Positions 45,583-53,902 of a DNA stretch of 64,000 bases are shown here, piece after piece. The position numbers were made by a program, and so were the translations under genes. The stretch's first letter is position 1; each line of letters starts with the position of its first letter. The notes under the pieces were generated by a model, which was given only the letters and a program-made list of their open reading frames with translations, had not been told where the DNA came from and searched no databases. The DNA comes from Poseidonia sp. (GTDB lineage: Archaea > Thermoplasmatota > Poseidoniia > Poseidoniales > Poseidoniaceae): contig JBMZXF010000002.1 of NCBI GenBank assembly GCA_049627345.1, forward strand, positions 4,995-68,994. Reading direction: 5' to 3'.

Positions 45583-46439
45583 TCTTCTTCCTCCTGTTTT
45601 GCCTCAAACACCACGCTTCTGCCTGCCATCACGTGCATGCCTTTGGGGTGCTCCTTGTGCTTGTCCTCCGCCGTAATGATTGAAGAAATGTATGCCTCGG
45701 CAGGGACGCGAAGGTCCACTCTCGAGCCCAACCGAATCATGCCGATGCGTTGACCGCGGCGGACCGTGTCCTCATCGTAGAGGTAAGGCACCACGGTTCG
45801 GGCGAGCGCACCGGAAATTTGCGTGATTTCAATGCGGTGGCCGTTGTCCAATTGATGAACCGAACGGACCCGCTCGTTGTGTTCGCTCTCCTTGGTGTAC
45901 GCTGGTCGGAAGGGGCCGCGACGCAGCCCTTTGCCCGTTCGATGTTCAATGCGTTCAATGCGCCCGGCACCAGGAGCACGATTGACGTGGACGTCGAGGG
46001 GCGACATGAACACCGCCATCCGCCACACATCGGTGGGCGCTTCCTCGCCTGCTGGAACGGGTTCGAATCGTTGCTCGGTGGCCAAGCTGAGCGGGTCGTC
46101 CAGCGGTTCGGGATACCAATCGCCTGTCACTGGGTCGGACTGGCAGCGACCGCTGTCCATCTCTTCCTTGCTGGGCCGGCGTCCGGTTGCGCGCTCTCTT
46201 CGCAAAAACATGACATGACCGTCGGCAGGGGAGACCAAAACGCCGGGCGTGCGAGGAATCGGTCGGTCGGGGTCCCGCCAAAAGTAGCCCATGAACACGG
46301 CGGCCATGAGGCAGCCCATGCCAAACAACGGCACCAAACCAGCGAGCGGGTTGATGATCGAGCCAATGATGAGGGCGCTGATGCCCATCATCGAGAGCGT
46401 GAGAACGGGGCTGTGCCCACCGGGGGCCAACCCGGCCAT
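45579..46439 (-). CDS. psd: Phosphatidylserine (archaetidylserine) decarboxylase proenzyme
   Basis: YFWRDPDRPIP...VSPADGHV, FMSPLDVHVNRAP, and the self-cleavage site context IGMIRLGSRVDL (the G-S of the LGST-type motif). Confidence 0.85.
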   Translation of the reverse strand: MAGLAPGGHSPVLTLSMMGISALIIGSIINPLAGLVPLFGMGCLMAAVFMGYFWRDPDRPIPRTPGVLVSPADGHVMFLRRERATGRRPSKEEMDSGRCQSDPVTGDWYPEPLDDPLSLATEQRFEPVPAGEEAPTDVWRMAVFMSPLDVHVNRAPGAGRIERIEHRTGKGLRRGPFRPAYTKESEHNERVRSVHQLDNGHRIEITQISGALARTVVPYLYDEDTVRRGQRIGMIRLGSRVDLRVPAEAYISSIITAEDKHKEHPKGMHVMAGRSVVFEAKQEEEE

Positions 46440-46447
46440 TCAATCAC

Positions 46448-47224
46448 CTACTCCGAGGCCCAGGGGTCTTGACTGTCGCCCCAGGAAGCAGGCGCCTCTT
46501 CTGCGGCTGCTTCTTCGGCAGGGGCCTCCTCTTCCTGAGCAGGTTCTTCAACGGCCTCTTCGACAGGTGCCACTTCAGCGGGCGCTTCTTCAACGACCTC
46601 AACCGCTGCCGTGGCTTCTTCGGCTTCGGCCGAGGCGGCCTCTTCTTCCGCCATTTCTTCTGAGCGAGCCTGAACCATCTCTTCCACGCGCTCGGTGAAC
46701 GCACGGGACATGTGCTGCGACTTTCGCTCGGATTCGACAGCGCGCTCGATCATTTCGTAGCGTTCCTTGATGGCCTTGTTCAGGTCTTCGAAAATCTGCA
46801 TGTGGGCCACGTACCAGTCGTCTCGGGCCTTCATCTCGGTGACGGCCAATCGGAGGTCGTTGTCCAGTTCTTCAGCGATGCCGAAGACCTTGCCCAGACG
46901 GTCTTTTTCGCGGGAATACTTCTCTTCCATCTTCTCAAGTTCAGGTTCAAGGTGTTCAACTCGCTTGGAGTTCTTCGTGGCCTTCATCTCAAGTTCACGA
47001 ACACGCACATCTTTCTCGGCGATGATGGATTCGAGCGATTCCTTCTCGATTTCACGGTCGATGATCTCCTTCTCGAGCACCTCGATTTCGGCCTTGGCGT
47101 CAACGAGCTCTTTCTCCTGCGTCTCGTAGGCGGCGAAGAGTTTCTGCAAGCGGTCCGTTTCGGTGGCCAAGGCATCCTCGAGTTGCTTGATTTGGACCTC
47201 AGGCGTGATGGTTCCTTCCGTCAT
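46448..47224 (-). CDS. Coiled-coil protein with an E/A-rich acidic tail
   Basis: Long heptad-like region (QIKQLEDALATETDRLQKLFAAYETQEKELVDAKAEIEVLEKEIIDREIEKESLE...) and a C-terminal low-complexity EEAxAE tail. ATG at 47224 is preceded by GGGTGA; the track uses a GTG at 47266. Confidence 0.55.
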   Translation of the reverse strand: MTEGTITPEVQIKQLEDALATETDRLQKLFAAYETQEKELVDAKAEIEVLEKEIIDREIEKESLESIIAEKDVRVRELEMKATKNSKRVEHLEPELEKMEEKYSREKDRLGKVFGIAEELDNDLRLAVTEMKARDDWYVAHMQIFEDLNKAIKERYEMIERAVESERKSQHMSRAFTERVEEMVQARSEEMAEEEAASAEAEEATAAVEVVEEAPAEVAPVEEAVEEPAQEEEAPAEEAAAEEAPASWGDSQDPWASE

Positions 47225-47329
47225 GACTTCACCCGGAGGACAAGCCTCCACCTTCACCGAGTTCACTCCTCCCTATCAAGCCGACGCTCGGAAGGGCACC
47301 GAATCCGTACGCCTTGGCCGATGTTGTGC

Positions 47330-48292
47330 TCAGCGAAGCGCGTCGGTCGCCGCCACCAATTCACGGGCGATGCTGACCTCGCCCATCGAGTGCCCGGCGT
47401 CCGGCACCATCACCAGTCGGCTCTGCGGCATCGCCTGATGGAGTTCCCAAGCACTGCGCGGCGGACAGACCACGTCGTAGCGACCCTGCACGATGACCGT
47501 AGGAATGTGTTGAATCGCATCGACGTGGTTGAGAATGTAGGCCTCCTCAACGAAAATGGCGTTGATGAAGTAGTGGCACTCAATTCGAGCAAACGCCACG
47601 GCGAAATCAAGGTCTTCGGCCTTGTCGAGGTATTCTGGGTCGGGGAACAATCGACTGGTGGCCATCTCCCAGCGGGTCCACTCCTTGGCGGCCGCACGAC
47701 GAACCTCGACGTCATCGCTGGTCAGTCGGGCGTAGTAGGCTCGAATGAGGTCGGCTTGTTCGGCCTCGGGGATGTGGTCGCGGTAGGGTGCGAAGGCTTC
47801 GGGGAAGAGGTGGCTGGCACCGTCCTGATAGAACCAGTGAAGTTCGGACTTTCGGCACATGAAGATGCCACGGAGGACCAGACTTCGAACCCGTTCAGGA
47901 TGATGCTGCGCATAAATGAGGGACAGGGTGGAGCCCCACGAGCCACCGAACACGTGCCACGTCTCCACGCCCAAGTGTTCGCGAAGTGCTTCCAAATCAC
48001 TCACTGAGGCGTGCGTGTTGTTGTCTTCGAGTTCGGCGTACGGCGTAGATTGCCCGCAGCCTCGCTGGTCAAACTGCACGATGTTGAACGCTTGAGGGTC
48101 GAAGTATTGCCGGTAGGAGGGTTGACCTCCACCGCCTGGACCACCGTGAATGACCACGACGGGAATGCCATCGGGGTTTCCGCTTTGCTCCCATGCGATG
48201 GTGTGCATGTCCGAGACGGCGAGCATGCCGGTGGTGTGCGCCTCGATGGGCGGGTAGAGAACATCGGCCAGCGTCGTGGTGGTGTCAAGCAT
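47330..48292 (-). CDS. pip: Proline iminopeptidase (prolyl aminopeptidase, S33 family)
   Basis: VVIHGGPGGG, FDQRGCGQS, nucleophile elbow VFGGSWGSTLSL and the C-terminal His context PDAGHS. Confidence 0.9.
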   Translation of the reverse strand: MLDTTTTLADVLYPPIEAHTTGMLAVSDMHTIAWEQSGNPDGIPVVVIHGGPGGGGQPSYRQYFDPQAFNIVQFDQRGCGQSTPYAELEDNNTHASVSDLEALREHLGVETWHVFGGSWGSTLSLIYAQHHPERVRSLVLRGIFMCRKSELHWFYQDGASHLFPEAFAPYRDHIPEAEQADLIRAYYARLTSDDVEVRRAAAKEWTRWEMATSRLFPDPEYLDKAEDLDFAVAFARIECHYFINAIFVEEAYILNHVDAIQHIPTVIVQGRYDVVCPPRSAWELHQAMPQSRLVMVPDAGHSMGEVSIARELVAATDALR

Positions 48293-48333
48293 GAACCTTG
48301 GAAAGCGACACCGTGCATCTTCCTTTCGCCATG

Positions 48334-48993
48334 AACACCTTCATGAGACGCCGAGGGTGGCCACCTTGCATGAGCCTGCGCCCAGCGACGGATTTGTTCA
48401 GTGAATGGGCCGACGTTGGTCGGGATGAAGGCATGGAACGCGGCCACAGCGCCAGCGTGGACGTGATGCTCGACCGTCTGCTCAACGGGTGGAACCGTCC
48501 GTTCACGGCGATGGACATCGGATGTGGAAACGGTTGGGTCGTCCGTCGGCTCGCTGCCCACGATGCGTGCCTGCACGCCAGCGGCGTCGACGGTGCACCG
48601 TCGATGATCGCCAAGGCACGAGCCCTTGACCCGGAGGGCGACTACGTGGAAGCCATGCTCCCGGATTGGAAGCCAGCGGAACCCGTGGATTTGGTCCACA
48701 CGATGGAGTGCCTGTACTACCTCGAGGAACCGCTTGATTTCCTCATCACCATGCACGATGAGTGGATGAAACCCGGCGGCCGACTCGTCATCGGGGTCGA
48801 CCACTACACGGAAAACCCGTCAAGCCACGACTGGGGGTCCTCGTTGAACGTTCACATGGCGCTCTTGAGCATCGCTGAGTGGACCGCCGGACTTGAAGCG
48901 GCCGGCTTTACCGACATCAAGGCCGAGCAGGTTGGCGCCAAGGAAGGATGGGCCGGGACGCTGGTCCTCACGGCTCATCGTCGAGGCGACTGA
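48334..48993 (+). CDS. Class I SAM-dependent methyltransferase
   Basis: Motif I AMDIGCGNGWVVRRLA, then post-I and motif II/III-like segments (VDLVHTMECLYYL, GGRLVIGV). Start uncertain: TTG at 48298 in the track, or ATG at 48334, 48343 or 48370. The 3' end overlaps the convergent helicase gene by 26 nt. Confidence 0.75.
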   Translation, partial: NTFMRRRGWPPCMSLRPATDLFSEWADVGRDEGMERGHSASVDVMLDRLLNGWNRPFTAMDIGCGNGWVVRRLAAHDACLHASGVDGAPSMIAKARALDPEGDYVEAMLPDWKPAEPVDLVHTMECLYYLEEPLDFLITMHDEWMKPGGRLVIGVDHYTENPSSHDWGSSLNVHMALLSIAEWTAGLEAAGFTDIKAEQVGAKEGWAGTLVLTAHRRGD

Positions 48994-51900
48994 CGAAACC
49001 CAGTGGCTCGCCTTCAGGAGCGCATCGGCGCAAGTCACCCCGGTAAAATGCACATTGCTGGCAGGTGAGCGACCCGGAAGCGAGACGACCGGGCTCTTCG
49101 TGGTGAGCGTCGAGGTGGACCGAGGCTCGCCAGTCCAAATGCGCCAACATGTCCGCTTTGGCCTGTTCAAAGGCACCCTGTGAGAGTTCCACCATTCGGC
49201 CGTTGGCGCCCAACAGCAGGGCGGGTGGTAGGATACGGCGACGCTCGGCTACCGGTTTTCGTGCTTCAATGGCCTCCAGAGCCACCGAATACAGCGTGAG
49301 TTGCAAGCGGTGCTCGTGCAAGATGGCCGCTTCATCATCGCTTTGTGGAACGGGATTGGTTTCCTCGGGTCCCACGCGTTGGAGTGGATGACCTTTGGAT
49401 GGGTCCTCAGCGTTGAAGGCCCCCAAACAACCTCGCGTTTTGAGGTCCACCACCTTCAGCGCCCCCTGCCCGTCGTCGTCAACCAGCGCCAACACCAAAT
49501 CAGCCCGACCGCTGAAATCCATGTTGACGTGCTCGACCACCGATGGGGCGTGCGACTCGCTTTCCACCGATTCACCCGCCGAGGTCGCCCGTTGGAGGCG
49601 TTCCCGATGGAAGAACGGCAGTTCGGTTCTGACCGCTTCAACCGACCACCCGTGCAAGGTCGCTCCTTGGACCCACTGACCGAGCAGTCCACGGTCGATG
49701 AGCGAGCTCAGGTGCATCAGCCGCTCCCGCCACGATGCTTCGGGCGAGGAGGACGCTTGTTCAGCACCAAATCCAAATTCGTTCATGACGCGCCCCACGG
49801 TCGTATCCGAGGCCAAGTCCTCGTCAGCCTCGTGCAGCCACGAGGCGTCCAACGAAGGCGTCTGCTCCGCCTTCGCACGAGGGTTTCGCAGTCCGATTTC
49901 CAAGACACGGTGCATCATCAAACCGAACGTGGTGGGCTCGGGCCATGCCCGCTGTGGAGGAGCCGCTGTCGACGCCTGCGGGAGAAGGAAGGGTTCGGTC
50001 GACCATCCTCGTACGTGTTCCAACCAGTACCGTCGCGGGCAGGCAAAGGTGGCGTCGAGGTGATGAGCGGCGCCCTTGATGTTCTCTTGAAGGCGAAGCG
50101 GGGGCGCCGTTGAACGGCCGGTCGCTTCCATGGTCTCGAGGTGCGAGGCCAGCGCCCGTGCACGTTGCTGCGGCGAAGGGGGGTCCACGGGGTCAAAGCA
50201 CAACGGGTGGTGATACAGCCTCAGACCGCTCAATCCGTGCTCGCCGAGTTGCGATCCGTTCAGCAGCGCGCTCGGATTGAGCGCTGTTTGGTGCTGTTGT
50301 GAAGAAAACAGGGGCAATGCAGGCGCCTCAAGTTCAGCCGCTGACACCCATGGGGCATCTCCACCAGCGGACCACGTGGCTCTTCGTAGCCCCTCGATGA
50401 ACATGCGACCCATCGTTCGAGGGTCGGGAGCAAACCGAACCGACAGCGTTCCGTTCTCTTCATCGAAGGTCGAACGGTTGCCCGGGCTGCCCGTGATGAT
50501 GAGCCGGTCTTTCACCCGCGTCAACGCGACGTAGAATTTCCGACGGAGTTCCGCCTTGTCCTGCGCTTTGTTCATCTCGGCAGCAAAAGCCCACAGCCCG
50601 TCCTCTGGACGGTCCTTGGCCCGCCAAGGTTGAATGCGTCCGGCCAGCACCTGTGGGGTGACGAGAATGTTGTCCTGAACGGACATGCTGGCATCGGCCT
50701 TGCCGGCTGCAAACAACCCAGAAACCACAACCACCGGGGCTTGCAGCCCTTTTGAGCCATGAATCGTCATGATTTGAACGGCTGTGGAATCCGGCTGCGT
50801 GATGGCTTGGGGGCCTTGCCGTCCCAAGGCCCGAACTTCGACCATTCGACGGTACATAGCGGCCGCATCATGACCCGTGTCGTTACCGATGGATTGGACG
50901 ATCCCCACCCAGGCTTCCGCAAATTGACGCTGGGCGTCGTCGGGGTAGGCCACAAGCAAATCGGAGTGGTCAAGCACGGCGTCAAACACGTCGTACAGGG
51001 CGCCCCAGCTCATGAGTTGCTGAAGGTGGGCCAAAAGCGATCGAACGGCTTCGGATGGTGCATGATCGATCAGGTGTGGCAGCACTTCAGCACCGTCCTC
51101 GAGCGAGACCATGGCCTCGTGGACTTGGCGTTCCGAGAGCCCGACCACGGCTGAACGAGCGAGTTCGACCCCCGCTTTTCGCATGGACGGTCGGGCCATC
51201 AGCGCCAACATCGCCATCAGCGGTTGAACCACCGGTTGCATGGACAGCAGCCCTTGTCGGTCGGCCATGACGGGAATGTTGCGTGCGCGAAGGCGGTCGA
51301 CCAAATCGGGCAGATGTTTGCGTGAGTTGATGAGGATCATGATGTCCTGTGGCCGAACCGGTGGACCTGCCTCGGTGACCTCGGTCCACGAAGCGGCTTC
51401 GCTGTCCCACACCCTCGTGGACGACCCGTTGAGCAAGGCGTGAAGGCGGTCGGCGAGGAGTTCGTGTTCGAGGTGAACCTGCGATGCGTTCGGGTCGGCA
51501 AAGGTGTTGACGGCCACGTCCAAGTCAAGGGAAACCTCGGCGATGGTGCCCGGAATCGGGAGAAGCCATTCCAACACGCCGGGATGTTCGGTGGCACGGG
51601 CAGGGCGAAGCCGTTGGGCTTCTGCGTGCCAGTCCCCGGGAAGGTCGTGGTAGCGAGGGTCGAAGACCTCGTCGAACATGTCGTTCATGGTCTCCATCAA
51701 ATCGTGCCGCGTTCGGTGGTTGGAGGTCAGGTCAACGTGTCCTTCAGCACGGCGCAACAAGCGCTGACCGACGATGGCAGGTTGACCTGCCTGGTCTTCT
51801 TCGTCAAACCGAACAAAGGTGTGAGGGGCCGACACCTCGCCGCTGTGTTCGTTGGAAAACGACCCGGTTTCACCTCCACCGCCAACGGGGCGGGGATCGC

Positions 51901-53902
51901 GGCCACAGCCAGCCTCGCGCAGATGGTCGAGGCGAGCCTCGCCCTCTTCATCGATGTTGAACTGACGAATGGCTTCCACCGCCCGCCGCATCACGGAAAC
52001 CTCGGCCTGACGGAAACGGTAGATGCTCTGTTTCATGTCACCAACAATGCAGACGGTGGGGTCCCACGCACCCAACGGCCCAGCAGGGTCGTCGGGATGA
52101 CGGCGACGGCGGCCCCAAAGCCGGGCCAGCAAACGATAGTGGGAGGGGTTGGTGTCTTGGTATTCGTCAATGATGAAGGCACGGTACTGTCGGCGAAGTT
52201 CGCCCAAAATGGCCACACGGCGTTGGAGGTCTTCCAGCAATTTGGGTCGGTCGTTGAGCAGGGTGAGGGCGCGGGCGATGTGAGCGTCGGTCCACGGCTC
52301 ATCGCCAAGCCCGTCCAAGGCGTCGATGACGGCCGGCGGGTAGCGGTGGCGACAGATGTCAGGGCATCGGGCCAGAAGCAAGTCGGCAGCAAAGCGCTGC
52401 ATGTCGTCAAAATCGTGCATGTTGTCGAGGGATTTTCTTCGAGCGAGAATTTGATTGCACGCCGTGTGAATGACCTGGAGGTCGCTGAGCACCTGAACTT
52501 GGAGGTCGGCGGAAACGTAGGTTCCACGATTGCCCGCTTCACTGGGCAGCGGGTCGACAAGGGGGTCCAGTCGAAGCGGGCTGTCGAGCGGCATGCCGTC
52601 AAAGCCATCCATCGGGTTGAGCAAAAAGGCAGAGCGAGCCAGCAAGCGAATGAGGGTCCCGTTGGCCGAGTTCAGCAGCGAGCGCAAGCCGGGAAGATGC
52701 GCTTTTCCGGCCTCGTAGAGGGCGTTCTTTTCGTCCTTTGAAAGCCCGGTGGCTCCCGTTTTTGAGGTCATGCCGGAGGGCCAGCCGTTGCCGTTGGGAA
52801 GGGCATCCCTTGGAAAAAACGTGCAGGATGGTTTGACCAAACCCGAGGCCGTGGCAATGCCAAGCAAGGCCTTCCAAACCCACGAAAGTTGCTCGCCAGC
52901 CTCCGTTGGGAGCGGTTGGGACGTGACCCGGACGAGGTGGTTGAACCGGGTCAGGGACGTCGTGGCCTCGGCCGGCGCAATGCAGTTGGCGTGGTAGGGC
53001 AGGAAGGTCTGCACCCAATCGCCCAACCTTCGTTGAAATTCCACAATGAACTCGGGGAGCAGCTCCACCACCGGTTCGGCGATGGTGTTGAGCAGCACGT
53101 CCACGGGAGCAGGTCCCCGGCCGTTCCAGGCCAGTCCCATGTCCTCCGCTCGCTGAATCATGGAACGGTGGGACTGTTCAACGAACAGCGAACGGTCGAG
53201 CAGCCCACCGAGGACGATCTCCGCTTGGTCCTGCCCGCCCAGTCGGTTGACGAGACGATTGCGAGCGTCCAAGAAGGCTTGATGATGATTCAAAACGCCC
53301 GCTTCTCGAGCATCGTCAACGGAACGAATGCGCCAAACAGCGTGGAGCGTGTCCTGCACCATCAGTGGTTTTCGCTCCTCCGAGACTTGTTGGTTGGAGG
53401 GGTAGAGGGCCACCAGGTCAACGTAAGGTTGCACCAGTTGGCTGAGGAAGGCATCGATGGTGGAGATAGGGGCTTCATCCAAGCCGGAGAGGAGCATTTC
53501 CACGTCGCCGTCGTTACGCAACCTCGGGTCAAACACACCGTCGCGATCTTCGGGCGAGGGCGGGTGTGCCCGAGCCTGAGCGAGTCGATGGCGGATACGT
53601 GCTTTGAGTTCAGCCGCTGACTTACGAGTGAAGGTGATGGCCACCACTTCTGAGGGGAGCAAGCCGGGCCATTCCTGCAGGGCCGTGCGTTCCCGTTTGG
53701 GTGCACGAAGCGCACCGTGTCCGGACAGCGGTGTACGTGGCCCCATGGGAGTCACGTGCGTGGCTCGTTGGTCGGCTGCAAACAGGTGCTGAACATAGCG
53801 CTCGGCCATGACCGTCGTCTTCCCCGTGCCTGCGCCTGCATCGAGCGCAATGTGCCGGTCCAAATCCAACCCAAGCCGCTGGCTGTTGTTGAATTGGATC
53901 AT
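48968..53902 (-). CDS. addA: AddA-like SF1A (UvrD-family) helicase fused to a RecB-family PD-(D/E)XK nuclease, 1644 aa
   Basis: Helicase motifs in order: LDAGAGTGKTT, ITFTRKSAAELK, TIDAFL, IIDEYQDTN, VGDMKQSIYRFRQA, SNHRT, IMTIHGSKGLQ, YVALTRVKDRLIITG. C-terminal nuclease: ACPRRYW, GRADLV, VVDLKT, QLTLY, CQQCAFYRGDLRRC. Start taken as the ATG at 53902, which overlaps the upstream stop (TGATG); the 18 extra residues in the track are rejected. Confidence 0.8.
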   Translation of the reverse strand: MIQFNNSQRLGLDLDRHIALDAGAGTGKTTVMAERYVQHLFAADQRATHVTPMGPRTPLSGHGALRAPKRERTALQEWPGLLPSEVVAITFTRKSAAELKARIRHRLAQARAHPPSPEDRDGVFDPRLRNDGDVEMLLSGLDEAPISTIDAFLSQLVQPYVDLVALYPSNQQVSEERKPLMVQDTLHAVWRIRSVDDAREAGVLNHHQAFLDARNRLVNRLGGQDQAEIVLGGLLDRSLFVEQSHRSMIQRAEDMGLAWNGRGPAPVDVLLNTIAEPVVELLPEFIVEFQRRLGDWVQTFLPYHANCIAPAEATTSLTRFNHLVRVTSQPLPTEAGEQLSWVWKALLGIATASGLVKPSCTFFPRDALPNGNGWPSGMTSKTGATGLSKDEKNALYEAGKAHLPGLRSLLNSANGTLIRLLARSAFLLNPMDGFDGMPLDSPLRLDPLVDPLPSEAGNRGTYVSADLQVQVLSDLQVIHTACNQILARRKSLDNMHDFDDMQRFAADLLLARCPDICRHRYPPAVIDALDGLGDEPWTDAHIARALTLLNDRPKLLEDLQRRVAILGELRRQYRAFIIDEYQDTNPSHYRLLARLWGRRRRHPDDPAGPLGAWDPTVCIVGDMKQSIYRFRQAEVSVMRRAVEAIRQFNIDEEGEARLDHLREAGCGRDPRPVGGGGETGSFSNEHSGEVSAPHTFVRFDEEDQAGQPAIVGQRLLRRAEGHVDLTSNHRTRHDLMETMNDMFDEVFDPRYHDLPGDWHAEAQRLRPARATEHPGVLEWLLPIPGTIAEVSLDLDVAVNTFADPNASQVHLEHELLADRLHALLNGSSTRVWDSEAASWTEVTEAGPPVRPQDIMILINSRKHLPDLVDRLRARNIPVMADRQGLLSMQPVVQPLMAMLALMARPSMRKAGVELARSAVVGLSERQVHEAMVSLEDGAEVLPHLIDHAPSEAVRSLLAHLQQLMSWGALYDVFDAVLDHSDLLVAYPDDAQRQFAEAWVGIVQSIGNDTGHDAAAMYRRMVEVRALGRQGPQAITQPDSTAVQIMTIHGSKGLQAPVVVVSGLFAAGKADASMSVQDNILVTPQVLAGRIQPWRAKDRPEDGLWAFAAEMNKAQDKAELRRKFYVALTRVKDRLIITGSPGNRSTFDEENGTLSVRFAPDPRTMGRMFIEGLRRATWSAGGDAPWVSAAELEAPALPLFSSQQHQTALNPSALLNGSQLGEHGLSGLRLYHHPLCFDPVDPPSPQQRARALASHLETMEATGRSTAPPLRLQENIKGAAHHLDATFACPRRYWLEHVRGWSTEPFLLPQASTAAPPQRAWPEPTTFGLMMHRVLEIGLRNPRAKAEQTPSLDASWLHEADEDLASDTTVGRVMNEFGFGAEQASSSPEASWRERLMHLSSLIDRGLLGQWVQGATLHGWSVEAVRTELPFFHRERLQRATSAGESVESESHAPSVVEHVNMDFSGRADLVLALVDDDGQGALKVVDLKTRGCLGAFNAEDPSKGHPLQRVGPEETNPVPQSDDEAAILHEHRLQLTLYSVALEAIEARKPVAERRRILPPALLLGANGRMVELSQGAFEQAKADMLAHLDWRASVHLDAHHEEPGRLASGSLTCQQCAFYRGDLRRCAPEGEPLGFVSRLDDEP

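Noticed and set aside
46448-46700. Repetitive GCC/GAA/CTC-rich DNA that might be a tandem repeat or degenerate CRISPR-like array.
   Set aside because: There are no regular repeat-spacer units. It is simply the coding sequence of the E/A-rich acidic tail of the coiled-coil protein.
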